Below, in pieces: positions 51,122 to 64,000 of a DNA stretch of 64,000 nucleotides (the stretch's first letter is position 1; every line of letters starts with the position of its first letter). The stretch covers positions 2,721,928 through 2,785,927 of the forward strand of contig JBNZDD010013683.1 in assembly GCA_050575255.1 (NCBI GenBank), written 5' to 3'. A model generated the notes under the pieces. It worked only from the letters and a program-made list of their open reading frames with translations. It searched no databases and was not told where the DNA came from. The position numbers were made by a program, and so were the translations under genes. The stretch comes from Harriotta raleighana. Taxonomy: Eukaryota.

Positions 51122-51809
51122 CAGTTGAGAGGCGGTGGAGTCGCAGAGCTTGTAGATTTAGATGTTGCAGCTACTGGTTTGGAAAATGAGCATTGACCTA
51201 TTGAACTCGAATTTCTACCTAACCTGCTGTCAGTGTTGCATGCTGTCTATTTGTAATCGTTCACAACAGTCTCTTGAATAACAGCAACTCCCGAGTTTAA
51301 CTAAAGATCGATCATCTATTTCGAGAGAAAAAAAAAGATTTAACTGACTTAGAAGAGATCGACTAGGTTTAGATAATGGTGATTTGTTTTTTCAGGTTGT
51401 AATTTGCAAGGTGAGTTCATGTTCTGACGATCCCCATTTTAAACAAGGCAGCTATGTGTCATTAAAAAGGATACTGAAGGAACGTGATTGCCAATACTCC
51501 CGGAACTCTCTCACATTACAGGTGACCTGTTAGTTTCCACTAGCTTGGTGGCCTATCATTTTTAAAGTTTACAAAGGTTTAGTGCACAGCGATGGAAACA
51601 AGCCGTTCTTCCCAACCAGTCCTTGCTAGTGTTTATACTCCACATCAATAAAGTTAAGAAGCCAAAATTGATTATCAAGGTATCACAGAATAAAGATGGT
51701 AGATATTAGGAATGAAATGGGTTGAATCCTAAAATCCCTTCCTATTTCCCCCCCGCCTCCCACCTGACCCACCAAATCCCATGGATGTGACAGGCATGTT
51801 AGCAAGTAG

Positions 51810-51972
51810 TAATAATAATACATTTGATAAGAGTGCCTTATCAGATCTTCAAGACGTCTCAAAGCGCTTCACAGAATATATTGTAAAATGAATTGACTCT
51901 ATATTTGGTGGGCGAAACACAGCAGAAGTGTCCCACAAACAGTCATGGATTCAAATGCCCAATTTATTATTA
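51810..51972 (-). mobile_element. SINE 3' fragment
   Basis: (AAT)n...CGTCTCAAAGCGCTTCACAGAATAT...GTGTCCCACAAACAGTCATGGATT. Confidence 0.85.
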
Positions 51973-53437
51973 ATGAACTGGAGATGCTTTGGAGATCTAA
52001 ACTGCAGATTTGCCTGGTTCAGTTAGGCATTGGGATGACTGAGACAGCCACAGGGAATTCACTCAGCTATGCTCTTCCAGGCATCTTGCCATGGGATCCA
52101 GCTGAACTGCAGAGAGGCTGCGCTTACCTCCCTTCAAGGAAAACCATCATCAATTGATCATCGGATGAAACAATTCCAGATTGAATTTATTTATTGTTGG
52201 GTATAATTTACAGAGAGACTTGACTTTCACATGACCATTTAGTTGATCAGGTGCTGGATCCATTGGAGCATCGATTCAAACCATATCCTCGGTACTGTTT
52301 AATATTTAAATATTTACTATTGAATATTGAATAGATATTTGGATACAAATGAATATTATTTGAGTTCAATTCCTGGATTTATTGAAGCTTTGTCTAAATC
52401 TGTATAGATCATTCATTTGGCAGACTTTACTTTGAACATATGGCTGTAGTACAAACTACAAAGGAAAATGAGAAATTAACATAACGTCAAAGAGCGATCC
52501 TTCTTAATTGTGAAAACGGTTCCTATAGTGATTTAACAGTTCAATCTCTGCAGTGGTCAGTCTTTCTTTACCTCCCCCATCACCATCAGGTTTAAACATG
52601 CATTTGCTTTCATCAAAGTTCATTAGCACAAAGCAACATAGGCTTATGGTGTTTGCTCTGACTGATCTCTTCTAAAGTGCAAGTTGTGGAGTATTAGAGT
52701 GAAAAGATAAATCATATTGAGAACAAGTGGTTTATGCTCAAAAGCCAATTCCCAACTAATAAAAAGGGACTCACTCACATGTTGAGGATTCATGTGATTG
52801 ACTTTGTAAATTAACATGACATATTTCATGCAGATCTTTCACAATGAACATGTGATATTCATTTGTTTTCTGTGGAAATGGTGTATGATTTCCTGTCATA
52901 TTATTCCCGAAACTGTTACACTACACCTATCCTCCCCTAGAGGAAGACTTAATTCTGTGCAATCTGTGATATTCATCTGGCTGCCAGTAGGCTTAGCACA
53001 CTGATAGCGAGTGCTTATACGAAATCTCCTCCTAATTCCACAGTGGCAAAATACATTACACTTACTACCAACAGAGAATCACCCCATCAACTCCAAAATA
53101 AACTGCTAAACACACCTGAAGTCTTAGTCCCTACTGACATAACACAGTTACTGATTATTTAATCTTAAAGTTAATCCGATAATAACAGCAGACCTTTAAA
53201 TGCTATTCAGTTTTCCATTCAGTCCCAAATTACAGAAAACCATCAAGTTCCACTTACTGTATCTACATATATCTTAAATCCATTAACTCAAATATTCCAG
53301 CAGTTTTAGGCAATTTTCTGTGTACTTTTAATAATCAAAACAATTTATCTTTTAAAGATTATAACTTGAAGCTGTTATAAAATTGCTGTTTATATGTTTG
53401 CTTTATTCTCGTTTACTGAAAGTGTTTTGATTTGTCA

Positions 53438-53800
53438 GCTGTGTCAGCTTGGCTCGGTGGTAGCATTCTCACCTCTGCCTGAATCAGAAGATTGCGGGTT
53501 CAAATCCCGCATTGGGACTCGAACTCACATAGTCTAAGACGACATTTCAATACAGCGCTGGGGATGTGTTGCATTATCCGATGAAATGTTAAACCGAGGT
53601 CTCATTTGCCTGCCTGTTCAAGGGGTTCATAGTACTGTTTGAAAAGAGAAGGGAGTTTCTCCCAGTGTCCTGGCCAACAACCCCCCAAATCAAAATTGGT
53701 CACTTCTTTCATGGCTGTTTGTGGAACATTGATGTGTGTAATTGTGCTGCAACATTTGGCTATAGATACAGTTACTCCATTTCACAGTAAATCCTGTGAA
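53438..53800 (+). mobile_element. SacSINE1-like Deu SINE
   Basis: GCTGTGTCAGCTTGGCTCGGTGGTAGCATTCTCACCTCTG..GGGTTCAAATCCC, TGTTAAACCGAGGTC, CCAGTGTCCTGGCCAACA, GCTGTTTGTGGAACATTG. Confidence 0.8.
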
Positions 53801-55046
53801 GAAATTATTTGCCTTTCCCAGTGAAACAGAAACCGTTTTAATGTAACGATTTTGAGACACAGATAACACTTAATTCAACTGACTTTAGACGGCCAAATAT
53901 ATTTTCCAAAAAAAAACTGCTCTGATAGGTGCCAATTACTTGTGAGATGTACTGCATTTTAATATGCTTAGGTATCTATTACACTTTACATGTCTTAGTT
54001 TGCTGCATAGGGAATGAGGAGGCAGAGGAGGAGGAAGAAACATCGCTAAAGAGTCTAGCTGATGTCCAGAGTTGGAACTTTAGATCTGGCCAGAGCTGTG
54101 ATGTTGCATTGAGTCTGACTTTAAATCGCACCTCAACAAAAAGTAATAACTCACAATAAGAAGTGTGTGCAGTGACTCACATCAAAGCCCTAACCACTTT
54201 AGGCTTCCCTCTGTCACCTGCCACCCACTTGTGACCTATGAGTCATTGTTTATACCATCCTTGTGTTAAATCTTTATTTAATTGCTTAAAACCCCAAAGT
54301 CTAGCTTTACAAGAAAACAAATGCCAACTGTTTTAGTTTGATTTTTGGATGATGGGTCGCTTTTCTCGCAGATTAATAGAGAGATAACATTTGAGCTTCA
54401 TTATCCTATTATCCCATTTCTTCGTGAAGTAAAATTGGATTCTTCTCTTCGCCCCACACCCCCTCCTCAAATTCTTATAAGATGAATAGCTTGAGCACTG
54501 CAGTCCCTCAAACAGATCAGATTGTGTGGATGACAAATTAGTGAACCATCGCCTCATCACTAGGTTCTACTTTCCAATATCCCTTGATTAAAGAGACAGC
54601 AGTCGTTTGCCCACACACTCTGCCTGCATTTTCCTGACGCATTAAATAGACATCAATACCAGTAAATGTGGGGATTTCTGCTACTCAGCCAGATTTGTCC
54701 TGGAGGGAGGGGCGAGAGTGAGAGGGAAGGGGAAGCTGATGCTAAAACTCTTCTGAAGGGTATGTTTGAGGGGAGCACAAAGGGACAGGCTTATCGTTTT
54801 GCATCCGGGTTGGGTTTGCACAGAGTCCTTTGATCCAAAGGGCAGTCAGCACAGGGGGAGGAAAAGCTGCACTTCTGATTCCACACCTGGTTTCTGTCTC
54901 GATGGAAACAAAAGTCGGATGGATGAAAATAAAAGTATCTGTTACTACCAGCTCGAAGAAATCAGCATTTGTGACCGTTAACTTAGGGTACTTGTGTTTT
55001 TTGAAACATATAATTGAACTTTATATTCCAGTGAGTTGACCCTACG

Positions 55047-55250
55047 TAGAATCATAGAATCTTACGGCACAAAAGGAGGCCAATCGGCCCATCGAGCCTG
55101 TGCTGGCTCTTTAAAAAGAGCAATTTAATCCCACTCCCCAGCTCTCTCCCCATAACCTCGCAAACCCTTCCTTCCCAAATAAATGTCTTCCTCTCTTTTA
55201 AAAGTTGTTATCGAATCGGTCTCCACCACCTTTTCAGGCAATGCACTCCA
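55047..55250 (-). mobile_element. CR1 3' end
   Basis: TAGAATCATAGAATCTTACGGCACAAAAGGAGGCCAATCGGCCCATCGAGCCTGTGCTGGCTCT...TCCACCACCTTTTCAGGCAATGCACTCCA. Confidence 0.85.
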
Positions 55251-56689
55251 GGAAGCATTACATAGGATCACACTTCTCATCAGTTTCCTCCAAAAATTTG
55301 TACCTCTATCCTCACAAGTTGTACATTGCTTCCTGGAGAGAATGAATCCGGGGAGGTTGGCGGCTTGCTGGGGGAGGGGGGAGGGGGTGCGGGGAGAGGG
55401 AAGATGGATTTCTTTAAACTTTAATCAGGATGAATGACATGACCAAACATGGAGCTTTACTTGAAGCTTTATTTGCTACTTAGTGAAGCGTTCTATGACA
55501 CTAACCCGGAGAAGGGCGCTATATAAATATAAGTTTTGTGCATGTATTCGTTTTGTAATCAATGTGTGATTTTGTCTATTTTCTTCATCTGATTTTTAGA
55601 CCAAAGTCCCACGACCTTCGAGACAATTTTGGAGGCTTTTCTGGTGGGTCCATTCAACACCAATTAGCTGAATGTTTGAATGCACACACTTGGGTATTTT
55701 GTGGGAGTCCAGACAAACAAAATTCAAACTTTGATGAGGATATGTTCTCTCATATGTTGGTGTGATTTCAAGGCAAAAGATTTGATGAGACTTGTGCTAG
55801 CTGTGCCACTCGCCAGCGTTTAATTTCATCGGGTTTGTATCTATGCATGCTGCACGACATTCTTTTTTAGTTGTGGCCAAAAAGTGATCCTGTCATCTCT
55901 ATTCAGCTTTTTGCCCGTGCGAGTGAGACAGTCAACACTATTGTCAATGAACCTCAAAGCGTTTTGCTCTGGGCCCTCTCGCAGCTTCTGTTTCTTGTGG
56001 GTTTGTGCGCGACCACAGCCCAAGCCGCATGGAATTAGAAAGCTTGCAGAACAAATAATCAATTATCCGCTACAAAGAGAAAACCATGTCTGCGTTCTCT
56101 GTTCCCACAGTGGTGCAGATTCCTCCTTAATGATTTGACATTTGAATTCCAGATAAGAGCGCACAAAAGCCTTTGCAGACGGGGCTCGCTTCACAACATG
56201 TTATTATTTTTGGTGGTTGTTGAACGTAGAAGTTACAACATATTAAGTAGTGTTGAGGGCTTCAGTCACTTGTTTGAATCCGTGTTGCGTTTCGACGGAA
56301 TGTGCCTGACAACTGTCACCACAGATATCGTTGTAGTGTACTTACATGTTGTAGTGTACCTACAAGGATTCTTATCATAGTCAGGTTACATTTATGAAAT
56401 GAGTCAATGTTTCTCAAATGTTAGTATTTTACGTAATCGGGTGAGTGAAAAGGCAATATTTTAGTTTGGTAACTCTGTCTTGAGCATCCTGAGTAGCTCA
56501 ATTCCACCTAACACCTGAGCTGGAGACTGTGGGTTGGAAGCTTGGTGGATGTACTCAGCCGCATCTAAACTAATTGAGAGGGAGGAACACAAATCTTTTT
56601 CTAATCCCAAACATAACCACCTTGTTTAAAAAAGCACCATGGTTGAAAACTTGGCCGCGAGTTGTTCAAGTGGCAGAAATAAACCCAGT

Positions 56690-56942
56690 GTTAATTCCAT
56701 TGCAAATTGACTGCTGTGTTTGCTGACAAATACACAGTCGCCATACTTCACAGTAAAATACTGTGCTGCACTTTGAGACGTGTCGACGACATGAAAAGGC
56801 GCTACATTCAGATTATAACGTTTCGCCCGCAAAACGTACAGTCAGTTCACTTTATGGTATAATTCGTGAAGCGCTTTGAGATGTCTCGAAGGTGTGATAA
56901 GGCACTATATCAAAAGCAAAAATTATTATTATTATTATTATA
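56690..56942 (+). mobile_element. Two tandem SINE 3' fragments
   Basis: Two successive units ending GAAAAGGCGCTACA (~56805) and AAGGCACTATATCAAAAGCAAAA(ATT)n (~56942). Confidence 0.75.
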
Positions 56943-59317
56943 ATCTTCTGATGGACTGTTTCAATTCTGCCAACGGCAAGTGTGCATACAAAAGTATACT
57001 GGGCCCTGCATTTACTTGTTGGACAGTCTGACTTTTTACACAAGGTGGCACACAAACAGCATTGTGCCTGCAGAAGCCTAAATGTCCAGATCAACCTTTC
57101 ACTGACTTTCTGTGAAGCAGTTAGTTAGCGATCCCAATGCGAATGTCTGTTTACAAGGCTAAGCTTTTACTTTTCGGGGGGGTGGGGGGGGGTAAATTGG
57201 CAAGCAGCCTGTGCTACTGGTGTCCCTGTCTCTTTCAAGCATGACCTTTACACATCCTTGAAACCAGCTGACAGTCAGTAGCAATTTGGGGAAAAGTTTT
57301 GAATGCGCTGAACACGACAGCAACATGTCGTGTCGGTTCTCTGCACAGTTCAATGATAAGCTTGGCAACGCTGTCAATTCTTGGAATTGATGCAAAAAAA
57401 AGTACGTAAAACATGAGCCTAGTTTGACGATCTGAACCGTCCCAGTGCTATACTGGGAATATGTGTCCATAAAATATGCATGGAATGAGTCACACAGAAA
57501 TGCACGGTGTGGTCAACTCTGACCGCAGACTATTCAGGACAAATCTTCTCATCAAAACACATCACTGCAGTTGTTAATATTGAAAGATGTGCACAAGGCT
57601 GTGTGCTGTGGTCTTGCAAAAATGCCATGATCTATGGCGCTCGCTGGCTTTTCTATTTGGAGCTGATAATATCCATGTTGTCACTTGTTGACGGAGATAC
57701 GCGCGAACTGTCCCGTGCGAAGACAAAGGATGGATTCTTCCCCGTGACAGCCATTCATCCCGCTTTGCCAATGGGAAACACTGATTTCGGTCACTCGTGT
57801 CAACCAGCCAGATTGATGGAAATCCGAGAAGTTTAGATGAGGCAAACTTTTACTATCTGCCTTTGGGGGGGCGGGAGGGGAGAAAAATAAAACGATAACA
57901 TTCCATTATTATTGGCATAAGCGCTTCATCAAGTGGTTGAAATGCCTCAAAGTGGCTTCACGGGACTCAAAAGCTGTGGAACTGCCCTGCAATAGGACTG
58001 GGTGGGGGAAGGAGGATGTGTGGTGTTGACTGTTTCTTCAGAAGTTGAGTGTGTTTAAGTTGGGAGGAGGTGAGGCCCCCGGCGTGTTCGCCTGTACAGG
58101 CAGTTGGTAACTGTACGGTACTTCAATTCAGTCAATTACTAATAGAAATGGGTTGCACGCTGGTAAGAGTAGGAAGCGCCTTACCTTATATATTGCCCTG
58201 CAGTTCTGAGCAGAGACTGAATAGAAGTTAGGAGCTTCTTCTTGTCAAGAGGAAGGATAGCTAAACTCACACACCTCCTTGTGGGCAGCTGCAGAACTGC
58301 AATGGCAGATTTCTTTGGGAACAAATTGCACAATGTAAAGTTTCCCCTGGTGGGCGAAGTGTGGAGGAAAAGATGGGCAAGATTTTTTGTTAGAGAGCCT
58401 TAAGTTGGAGTGGGGCACTTGTCCTCCAAAAGTAAAGCACTTGAGACTAAGATAGCGCATGTTTCTGTTTTGGTAGGAAGAGTGGGTTGGTAGCTGGAGG
58501 CTAACTGTGACTTTGGTGTCATATGTACAGTAATGACGAAATTCACTGTTTTTCAATGCTGTGTTTAGGATTTGCTCACAATTCTTTTCAAGTGCAGTCT
58601 TATTTTTGAACCTCGGCCCGCTTCTAACTCAACTGCTTTCCATGGAGAGAGTGAGTGGGGGCAATTGAGCCACGGATTTCTCAATGAATGTCACAAGCAC
58701 TGACTCTGTGACGATGTGACAGGAGTCATGTTTCATACAGCGTCACAGCCAAAACCTGACAATACTTATCGCAATCAAGGCCACACATTTCAATAATCTC
58801 CACCCTGGAATTCGGTACCTGTGACCTCTGCGTTCTGAAACATTATTTATTGTCCAGACTTAGTGATGCATAAAGCAGATGAAGTATAAGACCCACTTAC
58901 AGATAGCTGAGAAACTCTATGCATACTGCATTAGGGTGCTAATATTGTGTGACTTAAGAAACATACCTGCTTGACTGTACTTTCGCTCATCTTTCCCCTT
59001 CCCATCTCCTCGGTCTTCGAACTCCTCATCTCCCACCCCAACTCGCATTGTCGACCACTTTGGGACCCTCCCAATGTGAAAGACACTATCAGGTAGTAAT
59101 AGGTTAACAAAGGTAAATGTTAACTTTATTGTACAGTAGTCATTTTCAATCTTTGCAAAACAAAATCCACACGTGTGTTCAATATTAAAAATATCTTATG
59201 GTAACAACAGAGGGGCAAATGACTGTAGTGCAGGGAAATTTATGCACAGGTTATTTATTGCTGAACCTTTCTGTTCATATGAAACAAAACTTTATCTTCC
59301 TGGGTATTCATTTAATA

Positions 59318-59420
59318 TAATAATAATAATAATAATAATCCTTGCGTTTGACATCGCGCCTTATCGTGTCATCGAGACATCTCAAAGCGCTTCACAGAAT
59401 CTATTGCAAAGTGACTGATT
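59318..59420 (-). mobile_element. SINE 3' tail fragment
   Basis: (AAT)7 CCTTGCGTTTGACATCGCGCCTTATC...AAGCGCTTCACAGAAT. Confidence 0.85.
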
Positions 59421-62400
59421 ATTTTGTAGGCAAGACTGAGCAATTTCGTTGGACAAACGCTACTGTTCAAGGTTTGCCATTTGCTTCAGTGTTGCTAAGC
59501 TTTGCCTTTGCACCATCTACAGGCGAACAATCATCTCGTTTTCTTCCTGTTAGCACAGGAATGAGAATTTTGAGCCCAGAGCAAGAAGCCCATATTACGT
59601 TTTATATTTCATTTGTTCCGCAGAAGCATTGAGCCTTAAGTACAGATTTCAAATGTTATTAATGACTCATTTCTCTGTAATTCTCTTCTCTAATTTACAT
59701 ATGTTCCTGACCCTGTGCCATCATTCTGTTTAATTATTTTTAATATTTTATAAGCTGCCTTGATCACACCGTGACTCTATAGCAATATCGTCTGTGGATA
59801 GTTTCTAAATATATAAAACAATTTCCAGTGAGATGCTTAATATGTACTTATAAATGTATTATGTGCGATTAATCATTTCTTACTTTATGAGATTTTATTG
59901 GCCTTTCTCAGATGAAAAGGAAGTCCCATTGAAATCGGAATCAGACGGTAATGTTTTCTTGTTTATATTCCCGTTAAATTAGTAATTTAGATAGACTTCA
60001 GTACATGATCATTCCTTGCTACGGCTGCCCTCTTACTGTAGCTCAGCAATAGGGCTTATAAGAGCGGTATTGTTAAACCAATATTGAGGTGTCAGTGTCA
60101 TAAACCAAACGCCTGCGATATTGTTAGACTTGTCGATGAATCACATTACTCGATGAGGGTAAAACAGTCTGTAGCAGGTAGCAACAGTACTGTCCCATTC
60201 TGACGTTTCAATGATCACTTGCATGATACATTTCCAATGCAGTCTCATCCAATTTTTGGCTTAGAGATATGTGACGTCCGCACTTTATTGCATTGCTGCC
60301 CTTCAAGGCCTCTTTCACTATACCATTGCTGCTATTACAGCTATAAACTCGGGGAACAAAGATTAATGGTTCCAGCCTTAATATGAATCTTGAGCTGACT
60401 CCATAAGAATACTAAAAACTGTCATTGTGAGTACAATAATCTGCCAATGCTTTGGCAGTCATGAAGTTGTAACACTGTTTTCTGTCACTTATAAATGCAT
60501 TCTTATGAAAGAATCAATTGATTAAAATAATTTTACTCTGACATTGGCTGGTGACAGACAATCAGTAAACCCGAGTAAACACCCAAAAACTCCAGCATCA
60601 TCCACTAGCCAGAGATTAAAATAAATGAATCATTAAAAATAAATCAGTTTTGCTATTGTTCCGGTTGGGTAAAGGAAAATCTTTCATCTTTGATTTGCAA
60701 GCAAACTATAAAATCAAGACAAACAATATTGCGACACATGGACAATGGAATATATCTCTCTTTGGTTTTATACTCAGAATTTAGATGGGCCGAAATCACT
60801 GATATTTGATCAGCTCTAAATTTTCCTCAAGGTGGTACAATTTTGCTGGTATGAGGATGTAATTTCAAATTAGGATCCATCCTCTCAACTGCTATTTCAC
60901 ATAACAGCCTATTATGTTAGTTAGTTAGGTCGATAGCTAGTTAGTTAGTTGTTTTGATATACCCATCATATTTTATTTGCAACCCCTATAATTGCTCGAA
61001 AAATTTTGTTTAAACAAAAAGCCTAACATTTTCACGATGTTTTTCAATGTACAATCTATCAAATATATCCAGCTGAATTGACAAGAACCTTATGGGATCT
61101 TATCTGAATACTTGACCAATTAAACACTCAACTGTAGTGGCTTCAGTTGAGTATTTTCTGTGACCACATGCTTGAAACTCAGGAAAAATCCTCATTACAA
61201 CAAAACTCGGGGAACAAAATGGAAAGCTGCAGTCATCCTGTCTAGATGGCAAGAATGCTCTGGTGGTAACTTTGTTGATAGTTAAGCATCATTACCTCTC
61301 AACCGCTCATTCAACATGTTCTCTTGCAGGCAATTGCTTTTTTGACATTTGAATAGTAACTTTAAAGATCACGTGAAAAAAGCATTGCGTCGGTAAATGT
61401 TTCAAGCACTGTCATCGGCTGAACATTGGGCCCATGACTCCTATGAGTTGCTGCACATTGATGTTGCTGTCAGGGAGATATCAGGATGGTTTAATGCAGT
61501 TGTGGCCAACCTTCATAAGCCAACAAAATAACTTGTCGTGATTGAGTACTTCTTAGTTTATGGCATGAACTACCGATCAAACATGGTTTTGTCGAGACGA
61601 GCTCGGGGCTGTTTCTTGCTCGTCCCAAGTCTGGCCACTTAATTATTGCTTCAATTCATGACTTAATAGACATGCCCTGATTCATTCGGACTGGGTTGAG
61701 CTCTGGCCAGGAAGCAGGGGTTTGTAGCCATTGCACCAAAAATAGGATTAAAAAAAAAAATCAGCGAGCGACAACTGGACAGTAAGATTATTGCAAATAA
61801 GATGAATTCGGACCAAGATCACTTCCATGCCCAAAACCCAGGAGAGAATTTCCATCTGCACTGTCTCACAACAAGCTGAATGTAAGTGGTTTCATTGAAG
61901 GACTTGACCTGATCATTTTGTCCTTTTAATTGAATTACCTACTGCTCTTGAGCACTCGGTACAGTAAATTGGAGTGTTCTTTATTGCTTCATTTTCAGGC
62001 AATTTACATCAAACTAAAATGGTCCTCTCTGCACTTGCTGTTGCACTGCATTTGAAAATAATACATCCAGCATTTAGCGGGCAAGACACTAAAAGTAAGA
62101 GGTAGGGCTACAATATTTGCATGCAATAATGGGATCTATTGCAGGGTAGTTTAAGGTGGTACCTCAACTGTGATTGACAAGTGGTTGGACTTGTTGCCAA
62201 GGCAATTGGACAATAACATATTGCTTAGGATTGGTTAACTCCTTCCATGCTATGATTTTTTTGTTTTCCCTTCATCGCATTGAACTATTTCTAGGTCTGA
62301 TGTAATTTTGTTGTTGTTCTTGCCACCTAGATCCTATTCTGAGCTGTTAATTACGTACAGATAGATATTGTTGGACAGATGATCCAAATTCCAGTATATT

Positions 62401-62429
62401 GTCTCAGTCTTGTCCCAATCAAGGTTCAA

Positions 62430-62725
62430 TCACGCCTTACAAGCGTGAGACCTGTGTTCAAATCCAGGCAGCTCAGGGCGAAAACTTGGGCAAGTTTCCT
62501 ACCTCCACACAACTAATAACAATAATCCATCCAAAAGAAACCACAAAAAAAATTGGTCATTACAATCCACGACTATTTGTGGGACACTGCTGTGTGCAAT
62601 TGGCTGCTGCGTTTCGCCCACAAATATACAATCAATTCACTTTACAGTATATTCTGTGAAGTGCTTTGAGACGTTGATAAGGTGTGAAAAGTGCAATATC
62701 AAATGCAAGGAATATTCTTATTATT
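62430..62725 (+). mobile_element. Near full-length Deu-domain SINE (5' ~30 nt missing)
   Basis: CGCCTTACAAGCGTGAGACCTGTGTTCAAATCCAGGC...Deu core...GTGAAAAGTGCAATATCAAATGCAAGG. Confidence 0.92.
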
Positions 62726-62929
62726 AATGTGGTCCAGTTCATTGTTAATAATGTAATTTATAAGTATTCTAGTAATGGAATACTGAAAACTAAATTGAAT
62801 TACCTATAAAATGATTACCAACGCTTGCCAATTCATGTATTTTAAAATGTAACAATGTTAATCTGACAAATTTACTTGGGTTACAATAGTGTGATTTCAT
62901 TTTCCTTATGCACATCCAGTCTTTAATAT

Positions 62930-63150
62930 TATAAAACAGCCCAAGAAGAAACATCAGTGTCTGTTCATCCAGAATACTTTATAGTCTTTCCATCATTACG
63001 ATGTTGTTAAAATGAGTCCAGTGTCCTGGCGAATCATCCCAGCTGGCTCAAGATAAACTTCCTGTGGCCTGTCCTGAAATTGCCCTTTAAGACTCTAAAC
63101 CTACATCCTCTTATTCTACTGCCTTCAAACCCCATCGCCATGGTTACCAA
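62930..63150 (-). mobile_element. Old CR1 3' fragment
   Basis: ORF 63034-63288 segment SRIRGCRFRVLKGNFRTGHRKFILSQ matches the CR1 'TRGH..kl....FR...RK.FFSQ' motif. Confidence 0.65.
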
Positions 63151-64000
63151 TGTTGGTGGAAAAGAGCTCCATTCCCTAACATTGACATCCTTTGCTTTCA
63201 AGAACACAAGAATATTTTTTCCTTCTAAAACAAATTGGGTAGAATTCCTTTTTTTTTTAACAAAAAAAATAACGGCTCTGGCTGGCAAAGACTCTTTGAA
63301 AAGCAGTTCAGGGAATTAAGCGGTGGATCTGAGTCCCAATGGCGATCAATGTGATAGATTGCCGTGTAGCTATAGGCCAAGCTTTGCCCTTTATCCTTCT
63401 GTAGCTCAATATTATTGCTTGTTTTTAAGGGGAAAAAAAAACTCTGTTTATTTGCAGTTTTTATATGTACAATATATATGGAATATAAATCTAAATTCAG
63501 CAAGACCAAGATTGAGAGCTAACTTTTAGAAATGGAAGCTCATAAATTCAGGGATCAAAGAATACTTTATTATTTATCGAACTAGATGTGTGGAGGTATA
63601 ACACAATAAGACACTGAGTAATAAGATATACACTCGAGTGGAACAAAGGCGAGAGATGTCAAGAGGATGTGAAAATGGCGAGGCTGGAAAATATATTAAA
63701 ATCCTTTTCGGTGCTGAAATTTAACAGGGTTTTAATTCAGGTAGGGTCGCATCTGGGAGTTCTAAAGAACTGGTGAAAAAGAAACACTTTGATCTTTAAT
63801 GTAAACCGATGTTATGATCTGTTTTATGATTTTATAATTGGTGGGAGTGGGGGCAGCAGACAGAAGCCATTATGGGAAGTCAGTAATTGTTTTTTGTCAG
63901 CTCTACCCTCTAATTTACATTAGTTATTGGAATCATATTTTTGTTTAGTACTAATAAAGCCGGTATCAAACTGTAAAGGTATTTCCTGGATAGGTAATGC

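Noticed and set aside
43344-54655. Exact 15-mer ATTAAATAGACATCA at 43344 and 54641
   Set aside because: A few exact 15-mer matches are expected by chance in 64 kb of AT-rich DNA; no flanking similarity.
33572-56360. Short local tandem duplications (33572-33604, 46146-46180, 56330-56363)
   Set aside because: Ordinary slippage-type duplications with two units and no spacer structure; not CRISPR-like or functional arrays.
60345-61218. Exact 16-mer AAACTCGGGGAACAAA at 60345 and 61203 as a possible TSD
   Set aside because: The enclosed 842 bp has no retroelement tail or TIR abutting the repeats, so an insertion cannot be supported.

Overview
AT-rich vertebrate non-coding DNA, most likely from a cartilaginous fish. 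The dominant tRNA-headed Deu-domain SINE, the SacSINE1-like SINE and the CR1/L2 tails suggest a holocephalan such as the elephant shark (inference from repeat families only). No intact protein-coding gene can be supported. The only protein-like ORFs are decayed transposon fragments: CR1 and L2 LINE ORF2 pieces, and one internally deleted hAT (Tip100/ZMYM1-like, DUF4371) transposase inside a 2.48-kb element bounded by an 8-bp TSD (CAGTTGAG). About 20 copies or fragments of one SINE family record subfamily evolution, nested insertions and a microhomology-deleted mini-SINE. The first ~400 bp look like a CpG-enriched, possibly bidirectional promoter. Several well-formed plus-strand exon candidates could belong to a lncRNA. 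Repeat-free, TAAT-rich blocks look like conserved non-coding enhancers of a gene desert. I found no evidence for a wholly new biological system; the best leads are listed as findings. Repeat boundaries were read by eye and are approximate unless a TSD is given.
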